A stretch of 35,422 nucleotides of DNA, from positions 1-35,422 of the forward strand of contig JBEBGD010000057.1 in NCBI GenBank assembly GCA_040081625.1, given 5' to 3'. The first letter of the stretch is position 1. Each line of letters opens with the position of its first letter. Origin of the DNA: Chthoniobacteraceae bacterium (GTDB taxonomy: Bacteria; Verrucomicrobiota; Verrucomicrobiia; Chthoniobacterales; Chthoniobacteraceae). The notes under the pieces are model-generated. The model saw nothing but the letters and a program-made list of their open reading frames with translations. It was not told where the DNA came from and ran no database searches. The translations under genes and the position numbers were made by a program. Below, piece after piece: positions 24,201 through 32,951 of the stretch.

Positions 24201-25563
24201 CGAGACGCCGCGCGAACTCGCTGCGTCCACGCTCGGCGAGCGCGGCGAGGAAGCCACGACCTTCCTCGGGCAGGGCGGACTCTTCTACGATCCGGCGGCG
24301 AAGCTGTTCAAAATGTTCTACGTCGCCGGCTGGCGCGGCCCGCTCTCGCTCGCGACGAGCGCGGATCTGAAAACGTGGACGCGCCACGGCGCACTGCTGC
24401 CGGAGGGTCTGCGCTGGACCGGGCCGGAGCTGAAGAGCGGCGGTTCGGACAACTGCGTGTGGCTCGACCTCAACGCGACGAAGCCCGCCGAGCGCATCAA
24501 GTTCCTCACCTGCTGGCTGCACGTGCCGAACGAGCAACGCCCGCAGGGCTTCATGCACTCGATGCACGTCTCCGATGGCAAGACGTGGTCCGACGCCACG
24601 CCGACCAGCATCGCGGCAGATGACTACTGCTCGTTCTTCTACAATCCGTTTCGCGGGAAATGGGTCTTCAGCATCAAGATGGGCACCGCGCGAGGACGCA
24701 GCCGCTTTTACTCCGAGAGCGACGACTTTCTCCGCGGCGCCGATTGGTCGAAGTCCGTCTTTTGGACCAGCGCCGATCGGCTCGACGCACCCGAACCCGC
24801 GGAACGTTATCCCGGCGCAGGCGACGCGCCGCAGCTCTACAGCCTGAACGCTGTCGCCTACGAGAGCGTGATCGTCGGCATGCACTACATCCATCGCGGG
24901 CCGAAAAACGAAATCTGCGAAGCGGGCAAGTTTCCGAAACTCACCGATCTCGAACTCGGCTTCAGCCGCGACGGCTTCCATTGGCATCGCCCGGACCGGC
25001 GCGGATTCATCGTCGGCTCGCGCACGGAAGGCTCGTGGGATCGCGGGTATATGCACGGCACGGCGGGCGTCTTCGTCGTGCTGAACGACCAGCTCGTCTT
25101 CCCCTACATGGGCACGTCCGGCATCGCGCCGAGCGGCAATCGCGGGATGTATTCCGGTGGTGCGATCGGTCTCGCCACGCTGCGGCGCGACGGCTTCGCC
25201 TCGATGGACGCGCGCGAGCAGACCGGCACGCTCACGACGCGCCCGGTGGTTTTCAAAGCGCAGCATCTCTTCGTGAATGTCGTCGCGAAGGACGGCGAAC
25301 TGCGCGTCGAAGCACTCGACGCCGCGGGTAAAGTGCTCGCCACTTCCAAGCCGATGACCGCCGACACGACCAGGCGCCGCGTCGAGTGGACCGACCGCGC
25401 CGACTTGTCCGCGCTCGCCGGCCAGCCCGTGCGCTTCCGCTTTCACCTGCGAAACGGGCAGCTCTACGCCTTCTGGGTGAGCGCCGATGAACGCGGCGCG
25501 AGCGACGGCTACGTCGGCGCGGGCGGACCCGACTTCACCGGCGTGCGCGACACCGCCAACTGA
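21289..25563 (+). CDS. 1424-aa secreted multi-catalytic glycoside hydrolase-like protein: two Asp-box propellers, a small beta domain, and a five-bladed GH32-like propeller with C-terminal beta-sandwich
   Basis: ATG 21289 overlaps the upstream stop (TGATG) and is followed by a signal peptide. Domain 1: 'WQGIPGLE', four Asp boxes, 'SYPD'. Domain 2: 'KGAHDA..TSADGRTW..TSRDGKTW..FQYP'. Poly-Pro linker. Last module: 'RQLFVDDFLIE..GNPVF..FSRDGFHW..LRRDGFASM'. Confidence 0.85.
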   Translation: MDRLNLLALCLAPLLTLGAEPTVVPQRTWQGIPGLECTAKGRVFVSWFSGGPKEPAPENTVLLCYSNDQGKTFTEPQAVGLPKDGTRCFDPTLWINPKGRLWYIFNRGNKDTAQHDVWARICDDPDATPPVFGPEFRVGFDVPFAFRMNKVTVLSSGEWIMPVTLALNPVHGWSTGYNDQQEPTLHGVGISTDEGRNWKLHGAVKSRPWALENMITELTHGRLWMLIRTSSGFLWESHSADKGRTWSEARASTIANPGSRFFIRRLASGKLLLVNHYKFTGRSHLTAQLSTDDGATWNDGLLLDDRKGVSYPDGVQDRDGLIWITYDRDRQGAGEILLAKFREEDVAAGTDVSGAVSLRQVVNKLDKPKLVPAGWDPALAGDVVMARLINSSAPRVKGAHDAEFVCVGERAYIVAEANDVKAGESAGWSFIYATISVVNLKTLAVEKVIDFARGEQRFENETLPVGACFVPRIIEKDAQTLRCYFTSEDPGKRQSQMWYRDFDLRSGEFAATIHRAKLKTAAGTFDFQPQHFHADAAAQGFAKPAVDSSFFIFDSFKKFDGRLYVALNNFGGKQNALALVHDDLATFEVIGHFNEPQAEQLSESAINRLPDGTWMAICRNDKGNYHFTTSADGRTWSAGKEMPHIPNGANSKPTFDKFGGVYFLGWQDATRIQGVGRSVFNIDTSRDGKTWERKYRFESPKSFQYPTFHEHEGAIWLCVTQGDTSSSRKERIMFGKLEDVGRFESLAGKTRTPLPPPPPPETAVMQPGVKLFTDREYVIDELPAQVRGLPFLRTSIERLHAECAKAGTLYAVTPTARPKAASQEAALLRAGFTKVDVPEVQLFPGEINRVSLYRKDVKAGERLRFSKMVLFIMGPGAEVKIHVPTPPKPWSENRGEKLYNGIVLPEAWPPEHFDPASVEPMPVPYVQHPPKVIPIDVGRQLFVDDFLIESTTLTRTFHRAEKFEGNPVFKAETPRELAASTLGERGEEATTFLGQGGLFYDPAAKLFKMFYVAGWRGPLSLATSADLKTWTRHGALLPEGLRWTGPELKSGGSDNCVWLDLNATKPAERIKFLTCWLHVPNEQRPQGFMHSMHVSDGKTWSDATPTSIAADDYCSFFYNPFRGKWVFSIKMGTARGRSRFYSESDDFLRGADWSKSVFWTSADRLDAPEPAERYPGAGDAPQLYSLNAVAYESVIVGMHYIHRGPKNEICEAGKFPKLTDLELGFSRDGFHWHRPDRRGFIVGSRTEGSWDRGYMHGTAGVFVVLNDQLVFPYMGTSGIAPSGNRGMYSGGAIGLATLRRDGFASMDAREQTGTLTTRPVVFKAQHLFVNVVAKDGELRVEALDAAGKVLATSKPMTADTTRRRVEWTDRADLSALAGQPVRFRFHLRNGQLYAFWVSADERGASDGYVGAGGPDFTGVRDTAN

Positions 25564-25569
25564 TCCGTC

Positions 25570-26508
25570 GTGAAGCGCTTCTTCGATTGGTTCAACAACC
25601 TCTACCCCGTATGGCTCGTGAGTCTCGCGGTCATCGCGTTCTTCAAGCCGCAGACGATGCTGTGGTTCGACAAGCCGTGGATCTTCTGGTCGCTCGCCGC
25701 GTCGATGCTCGGCATGGGGCTGACGCTGAGCATCGACGACTTCAAGGCCATCGGCCGCATGCCGGGGAGCGTCGCGCTCGGCTTCGGCGCGCAATACACG
25801 CTCATGCCCCTGGTCGGCTGGCTCGTGGCCACCGTGCTGCGGCTCGAGTCGGGACTCGCCGTGGGCATCATCCTCGTGGCGAGTTGTCCCGGCGGCATGG
25901 CGTCGAACATGATCAGCTACCTCGCCCGCGCGAATGTGGCGCTGTCCGTCGTGCTCACGCTCTGCTCGACGCTGCTCGCCTTCATCTTCACGCCGATGTG
26001 GACGAGCGTGCTGGCCGGGAAGCACGTGCCCGTGGACGCGTGGGGCCTGTGCCTCTCCGCCTTCCAACTCACCGTCGCTCCCGTGGTGCTCGGCGTTTTC
26101 ATCCGGTGGAAAATGCCGCGCACCGCGGATCGCATCGGCACCTGCGGGCCCACGGTCGCCGTGCTCGCGTTCGTGCTCGTGACCGGCGGCATCGTGGCCG
26201 CCAGCGCGGGCGAGATCGGGGCGAACTTCGGCACGCTCACCCTCGTTGCGTTCCTGCTGCACCTCATCGGTTTCGCCGTCGGTTATGCGGTGCCGAAAAT
26301 CTTCCGCTATCCCGAATCCGTCGCGCGCACCGTGAGCATCGAAGTCGGTATGCAGAACGGCGGCATGGCTGCGGCACTCGCGCGCACGCACTTCCCCGCG
26401 ATGCCGCTCGCCGCCGCCGCGGCGGTCTTCAGCGGCGTCATGCAAAACATCATCGGCGGCCTCGCCGCGGCATGGTGGAAGCGGCGCGTGCCGGATGAAG
26501 CGCCGTGA
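25570..26508 (+). CDS. Bile acid:Na+ symporter (BASS) family transporter
   Basis: 'MLGMGLTL', 'AQYTLMP', 'SCPGGMASNMISYLARANVALSV', 'RTVSIEVGMQNGG'. Confidence 0.92.
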   Translation: MKRFFDWFNNLYPVWLVSLAVIAFFKPQTMLWFDKPWIFWSLAASMLGMGLTLSIDDFKAIGRMPGSVALGFGAQYTLMPLVGWLVATVLRLESGLAVGIILVASCPGGMASNMISYLARANVALSVVLTLCSTLLAFIFTPMWTSVLAGKHVPVDAWGLCLSAFQLTVAPVVLGVFIRWKMPRTADRIGTCGPTVAVLAFVLVTGGIVAASAGEIGANFGTLTLVAFLLHLIGFAVGYAVPKIFRYPESVARTVSIEVGMQNGGMAAALARTHFPAMPLAAAAAVFSGVMQNIIGGLAAAWWKRRVPDEAP

Positions 26509-27575
26509 GCCGCCGCGACATTTACTATTGGAAATGCGACCGCCCCGCGGCGTTTCACGGAACGGGCGAACGCCGCTCGCACGCCGAACTCGAAGCCGCG
26601 CTCCGTCGTGCGCTCGCCGCGCATTTCGATGAACGTGATTTCCAACTCACTCCCGGCGGCGGGCAGGGAAATCACCTCACCTTCCGCACGCGACTCGCTG
26701 GCGAAGAAGTGTTCATCCGCGTCGAGGACGGCCCCGAGAGCGACGACCACATGGCTGCGGAAAGCCGCGTCATGTCCGAAGTCCGCGCGCGCGGCGTGCC
26801 TGTGCCGCGCGTGCTGGCCTTCGATGCGAGCCGCCGTCGCGTGCCCTTCGCGTGGCAGGTGCTCGAACACATCCCGCACCCCGATCTCAACGAGCTGCAC
26901 AAACGCGGCACGCTCGATCTCGCAGCGGTCGCGCTCGACATCGGTGCCGCAGTCGCACGCTGGCAGAGCATCGCGCCGCGCGGCTTCGGTCCGTTCGATC
27001 CGGCACAGGATCACCTCGAATCCTTCCACGCCAGCTACGCCGACTACTTCCGTCTTCACCTCGACCGGCACCTACGCTTCCTCGTGCAGCACCGCTTTCT
27101 CTCGATGGACGAGATGGACGAGATCGACGCGGAAATCGAACGGCACCGCGCGCTGCTCGCGCTGGAGCGCGGCTGCCTCGTCCACAAGGACCTTGCGCTT
27201 TGGAATATCCTCGGCACACCCACGCACATCGGTGCGTTCATCGATTGGGACGACGCGATCTCCGGCGATCCGATGGACGACCTCTCGCTGCTCGCGTGCT
27301 TCCACGACGGCGCCATCGTCGCACGCGCGTTCGCCGGCTACGCGAGCGTGCGTCCGCTGCCCGACGAACATCGCCGCCGGTTCTGGCTGCACCTGCTGCG
27401 CAACATGATCGTCAAATCCGTCATTCGCGTCGGCGCGGGATACTTCGAGCGCACCGATGGATTCTATCTCATCGGCACTGGCAGCACCGGCGCCGAGCTG
27501 AAAGCCTTCACCCACGCGCGCCTCGCCGCCGCCCTGAGCGGGTTGCGCGAAGACCTTCCCATCGAATCCCTATGA
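26505..27575 (+). CDS. APH/choline kinase-like phosphotransferase
   Basis: Gly-rich loop 'GGGQGNH', 'VPVPRVL', Brenner-type catalytic loop 'HKDLALWNIL', metal-binding 'IDWDD', 'GDPMDDL'. GTGA overlap with the upstream stop. Confidence 0.85.
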   Translation: MSRRDIYYWKCDRPAAFHGTGERRSHAELEAALRRALAAHFDERDFQLTPGGGQGNHLTFRTRLAGEEVFIRVEDGPESDDHMAAESRVMSEVRARGVPVPRVLAFDASRRRVPFAWQVLEHIPHPDLNELHKRGTLDLAAVALDIGAAVARWQSIAPRGFGPFDPAQDHLESFHASYADYFRLHLDRHLRFLVQHRFLSMDEMDEIDAEIERHRALLALERGCLVHKDLALWNILGTPTHIGAFIDWDDAISGDPMDDLSLLACFHDGAIVARAFAGYASVRPLPDEHRRRFWLHLLRNMIVKSVIRVGAGYFERTDGFYLIGTGSTGAELKAFTHARLAAALSGLREDLPIESL

Positions 27576-28267
27576 ACCTCCGCGAACGCCAACCGAACCT
27601 CGGCACATGGCTCTCCATCGGCTCTTCCGTCATCGCCGAACTCGCCGCGCAGTGCGGCTTCGACTGGCTGCTCTTCGATCTCGAACACGGCTGCGCATCG
27701 GAGTCCGCGCTGCTCGCGCAACTCCAGGCCGCGCGTGACGTCGCGAAGATCGTCCGCGTCGGCGCGCCGCACGCCGACTTGATCGCTCGCGTGCTCGATT
27801 GGGGCGCCGACGGCATCATGGTCCCGCACGTCGCATCGGCAGCCGAAGCGGAGGCGTGCGTGAGCGCGATGCGTTACCCGCCGCGCGGCACCCGCGGTGT
27901 CTCGCGCTCCGTGCGCGCCCACGGCTACGGCCTGCGCGCCTTCGAGCCCGCCGAGCCACTCTTCTTCGCGCAGATCGAGACGATCGAAGCCGTCGAGCGC
28001 GCCGCCGAGATCGCGCAGGTCGATGGCGTGGACGTGCTCTTCGTCGGCCCGGCCGATCTCCGCTTCGATCTCGAGGCGCGCAAGGCCTCGCACGACTACG
28101 ACGCGTGCCTGCGCGAAGTCGCCGCCGCCAGCAAGCCGTGCGGAATCCTCCTTCGAGACCCAGCGGAAGCGGACAAGGTTCGCAAACTCGGCTTCACGCA
28201 CATCGCCTTCGACTCCGATCTCGGCATCCTGCGCAGCGGCTACCAACGCATCACCACCAACAAATGA
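27572..28267 (+). CDS. HpcH/HpaI class II pyruvate aldolase family protein
   Basis: 'GFDWLLFDLEHG', 'IVRV', 'LDWGADGIMVPHV', 'YPPRGTRG', 'QIET', 'VLFVGPADL'. ATGA overlap with the upstream stop. Confidence 0.92.
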   Translation: MNLRERQPNLGTWLSIGSSVIAELAAQCGFDWLLFDLEHGCASESALLAQLQAARDVAKIVRVGAPHADLIARVLDWGADGIMVPHVASAAEAEACVSAMRYPPRGTRGVSRSVRAHGYGLRAFEPAEPLFFAQIETIEAVERAAEIAQVDGVDVLFVGPADLRFDLEARKASHDYDACLREVAAASKPCGILLRDPAEADKVRKLGFTHIAFDSDLGILRSGYQRITTNK

Positions 28268-28707
28268 AATCCATCCTGCTCGCTCTCCTCGTCGCCACCA
28301 CGCTCTGCGCCGTCGACGATCCACGCACTTCCAGGCTCCGCGCCGCGGACGACGAGCGCGTCGCCGCCATCATCGCCGGCGACCGCGCGAAGCTCACCGC
28401 GATTTTCTCCGACGACCTCCGCTACGCGCACTCGAACGGCAGCGTCGATGACAAGGCCTCCTACACCGAGGTGCTCGCAAGCGGTGCCACGAAGTATCTG
28501 CTCATCGACTACTCCGAGCGAAACTTCACCTTCCCCGCGCCGGGTGTCGCGCTGATGACCGGCCGCGCGCATGTGAAGGTCGCGAAGGCCGACAGCACGG
28601 TGGACATGGTGCTCAGTTTCCTCGCCGTGTGGCGCGAGGAGAATGGCCAGTGGCGCTTTCTAGCATGGCAGTCGTGCAAGCTGCCCGATGCTTCCGTGGC
28701 GAAGTAA
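28264..28707 (+). CDS. Secreted NTF2-like (DUF4440) protein
   Basis: Signal peptide MKSILLALLVATTLCA; 'LRAADDERVAA..DDLRYAHSNG.VDDK', 'FLAVWREENGQWRFLAWQS'. ATGA overlap with the upstream stop. Confidence 0.85.
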   Translation: MKSILLALLVATTLCAVDDPRTSRLRAADDERVAAIIAGDRAKLTAIFSDDLRYAHSNGSVDDKASYTEVLASGATKYLLIDYSERNFTFPAPGVALMTGRAHVKVAKADSTVDMVLSFLAVWREENGQWRFLAWQSCKLPDASVAK

Positions 28708-28710
28708 GCG

Positions 28711-29063
28711 CCACGCGAGGATCGGCTTCATCACGCGCCCGTGCATGTCGGCGAGCCGCACGTTGCGGCCCCGTGGCGAATGGTAAACCGCCCGTGATCG
28801 ACGCCGAGGAGATGCAATCGCTGTGTTCGATCGCGGCGACGTGCCGGCTCTTCTCCGGCGCGCGCGTGACGATCACCGCACCATCTTCGCCGCCTTGCTC
28901 CCAGCCGGAATGCAAGTCGAGCGCAGCCCGATTTGATCTTCTGGCCGTGCGAATGGCACTCGTAGCAGCGCTCGACGAGCGGCGGCTGCATTTTCGCCGG
29001 CATCCGCCGCGTGGAGCGTTCGACTCGACACGACGCCGAGCGCGGCGAGCCTGGGCAGACGAT

Positions 29064-29067
<4 letters not shown>
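28711..29067 (-). pseudogene. Chimeric deletion relic: 5' end of a PSCyt1/DUF1549/DUF1553 gene joined to the 3' end of a DUF1501 gene
   Basis: Joining frames gives MNRLPRLAALGVVSSRTLHAADAG / AKMQPPLVERCYECHSHGQKIKSG / LDLHSGWEQGGEDGAVIVTRAPEKSRHVAAIEHSD || LHLLGVDHGRFTIRH / GRNVRLADMHGRVMKPILA. The left half matches the N-terminus of the 30472-32934 protein; the right half matches the C-terminus of the 32952-34403 protein. Confidence 0.85.
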
Positions 29068-30470
<1,403 letters not shown>

Positions 30471-30471
30471 T

Positions 30472-32934
30472 TCAATCGATGTTTCGGAACTCGGCGCTGG
30501 CGAGCAGCGCCTGACAATAGCCGGTCCACGCCTTCTCTTCGTCCGACGCCGCGGCTTGGAAGTAAGCGTCGGCGAGTCTCATCTCGGTCTCGTCGGGCGG
30601 GCGGTGGAAGCAGATGACAAACGCGCGCCGGATGCGCTCGGGCGCGCTATGCTGCTCATGTGCGATGCGGCGCGCGAGCGCGGCGGCTTGCTGCTGCACG
30701 AAGGGGCTGTTCATCAAATAGAGCGCCTGCACGGGCACGTTCGTGATCTCGCGGTCGCCGGTGACGAGGCTCGGCTCGGCGAAGTCGAACAAATCGAGCA
30801 CGTCGGGCAGACGGTCGCGGATCACCGGCAGATAGATCGAGCGGTGCCGCGAGCCGTCGAGATCGGCCGGCACTCTTTTGTCGAATCCGACGAGCGACAT
30901 GGACTGACGATCGAGTTCAGCCACGAGCGAACCCGGACGGCGCGACGTGTCGAGCTGGCCGGCGACGGCGAGCATCGAGTCGCGGATCACTTCGGCGTCG
31001 AGCCGTCGTTTGTTCGCGCGCCAGAGGAGTCGGTTCTCGGGATCCTTTTGGAAGTAGTCCGCGCGATACGTCGAAGACAGCCGATAGGCGCGGGAGAGCA
31101 CGACTTCGCGAACGAGCGCCTTCACCGACCAGTCACCGTCCACGAATTTCAGCGCGAGGTGATCGAGCAATTCGGGATGGCTCGGACGCTCGCCGGTGAA
31201 GCCGAAGTTATCCGCGGTGCTGACGAGCCCCGCGCCGAAGAGATGCCGCCAGATGCGATTCGCCATCACGCGGGCGGTGAGCGGGTGCGAAGGGCTGGTG
31301 AGCCAGCGCGCAAATTCGAGGCGCCCGCTTTGCTGCTTCGGCAGCGCAATGCCGTCCGCTTCGATCACGCGCGGGAAGCCGCGCGCGACGGTCTTGCCCG
31401 GATGCGCGATCTCGCCGCGTTCGAGCAGGCGCGCGTCGGAGACTTTCCCGTTTTCCATCACGCCCATGCACAGCGGCAGCGCGCGGCCCTCGTCATCGAC
31501 GGTCTTGAGTTGCCCCTCGACCCCGCCGCGCGTCCAGATGATGCGCAGCGCGTTGCGCAGCAGATCGAACGCTTCGTTTCCGAGTTCTCTGCCTTCGGCG
31601 AAAGCCTTTTTCACGGTCGCCTCCTGCGCCTTCTCCTCGGCGTTCAGCGTCGCCAGTTGCGCCTTCAATTCGGCCACTCGTTTTGCGGGGATCGATTTGT
31701 TTGGGATTAACTGGCCGGGCAAATCCGGCAGCCGGATCAAGTCCCCGCCGACATTGTTTTCCGAGTCGATCCATGTGCCGAAGAACGTGCGCGTGCTGCC
31801 GAAGATGCCGGCGAGCGCGTAGTAATCCTCCATGCTGAACGGATCGTATTTGTGATCGTGGCAGCGCGCGCAAGCGACCGAACTGCCCAGCACCGCGCGC
31901 GTCACGGTGTCGATCTGTTCGTCCACTACGTCCGCGTCGAACTGCGCGCGATTCATCTCGTTCAGCCCCTTCGTGCCGAAGGCGAGAAAGCCGGTGGCGA
32001 TGAGCAGCCGCGCGCGCTCCGCGTCGTCTTTCGCGGGCAGTAGATCGCCGGCGATTTGCTCGGTGATGAATCGATCGAACGGCACGTCCGCGTTGAGCGC
32101 GTCAATGGCGTAGTCGCGGTATCGCCACGCGTGCGGGAAGGCCAGGTTCGACTCGCGCCCGCTCGACTCCGCGAAGCGCGCCACGTCCAGCCAGTGCCGT
32201 CCCCAGCGCTCGCCGAAGCGTTCCGATTTCAAGAGCGCATCGACCTCCGCCTCCAGCGCCGCGTCCAACTCGCCTGCGCGTGCCCGCTGCACAAAAGCCG
32301 TCATCACCGCGTGCGTCGGCGGAAGACCGATGAGGTCGAAATAGAGACGCCGCAGCAACGTCACCGGCTCCGCGTCGGGCGAAGGAGTGAGACGATTTTC
32401 CTCGAGCTTCGAGAGGATGAAACGATCGAGGTCGCGCTTCGCCCACGCGGGATCTCCCGTTGCGGGCGGCGTGTGCTGGACGGGCTTTTTGTAGGACCAA
32501 AACTCGCGGCCCGACTTGATATCCACAGGCGGGCGCTCGACGATCCGGCCCGTCGCGTCGCGCGGATCGGGCGCGCCCATCTTGATCCACGCTTCGATGT
32601 CCGAGATCACCGACTGCGGCAGGCGCGCCTTCTTCGGCGGCATCTCGAGATCGGGGTCGGTGTGCGAGATGGCCGCGAGCAGCAGGCTCTTCGCCGGCTC
32701 GCCCGGCACAACGGCGGGCCCGCTGTCGCCGCCGGCGCGAATGCCATCGCGCGTGTCGAGCAGCAGCCCGCCCTTCACTTTGTCCGCCTCGGCCGAGTGG
32801 CACTCGTAGCAATGCTTCACGAGCACGGGCCGAATCTTCGCCTCGAAGAAACTGAGTTGGTCCGCCGGCAGCGCCGCCGCCGCGCAGAACGAGGTTAGCG
32901 CGCCGAGGTAGATGATGGGACGCAGCGGGAACAT
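30472..32934 (-). CDS. Planctomycete cytochrome c (PSCyt1) + DUF1549 + DUF1553 (PSD1) protein
   Basis: 'FFEAKIRPVLVKHCYECH', 'WIKMGA', 'LLRRLYFDLIGLPP', 'FGERWGRHWLDVARFAES', second heme motif 'CARCHDHKYDP', 'HPLTARVMANRIW', 'PSHPELLD', 'RRLDAEVIRD', 'QALYLMN'. Confidence 0.93.
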   Translation of the reverse strand: MFPLRPIIYLGALTSFCAAAALPADQLSFFEAKIRPVLVKHCYECHSAEADKVKGGLLLDTRDGIRAGGDSGPAVVPGEPAKSLLLAAISHTDPDLEMPPKKARLPQSVISDIEAWIKMGAPDPRDATGRIVERPPVDIKSGREFWSYKKPVQHTPPATGDPAWAKRDLDRFILSKLEENRLTPSPDAEPVTLLRRLYFDLIGLPPTHAVMTAFVQRARAGELDAALEAEVDALLKSERFGERWGRHWLDVARFAESSGRESNLAFPHAWRYRDYAIDALNADVPFDRFITEQIAGDLLPAKDDAERARLLIATGFLAFGTKGLNEMNRAQFDADVVDEQIDTVTRAVLGSSVACARCHDHKYDPFSMEDYYALAGIFGSTRTFFGTWIDSENNVGGDLIRLPDLPGQLIPNKSIPAKRVAELKAQLATLNAEEKAQEATVKKAFAEGRELGNEAFDLLRNALRIIWTRGGVEGQLKTVDDEGRALPLCMGVMENGKVSDARLLERGEIAHPGKTVARGFPRVIEADGIALPKQQSGRLEFARWLTSPSHPLTARVMANRIWRHLFGAGLVSTADNFGFTGERPSHPELLDHLALKFVDGDWSVKALVREVVLSRAYRLSSTYRADYFQKDPENRLLWRANKRRLDAEVIRDSMLAVAGQLDTSRRPGSLVAELDRQSMSLVGFDKRVPADLDGSRHRSIYLPVIRDRLPDVLDLFDFAEPSLVTGDREITNVPVQALYLMNSPFVQQQAAALARRIAHEQHSAPERIRRAFVICFHRPPDETEMRLADAYFQAAASDEEKAWTGYCQALLASAEFRNID

Positions 32935-32951
32935 GCGGCGCGCAAGCTACG

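Noticed and set aside
23341..26445. 1034-aa minus-strand ORF, plus similar long antisense or off-frame ORFs (5811-7868, 8146-9516, 13979-15853, 3111-5132, 19793-21259)
   Set aside because: They overlap well-supported genes and have Arg/Ala/Gly-biased, motif-free translations; stop-codon scarcity at high GC explains them.
26505..27575. Aminoglycoside resistance gene
   Set aside because: Only the generic APH/ChoK fold motifs are present; the context is a metabolic operon.
19013..28267. Canonical sialic acid (nan) utilisation cluster
   Set aside because: No NanA (DHDPS-fold) lyase, ROK kinase, NanE or NanT/SiaT; the propellers lack FRIP.
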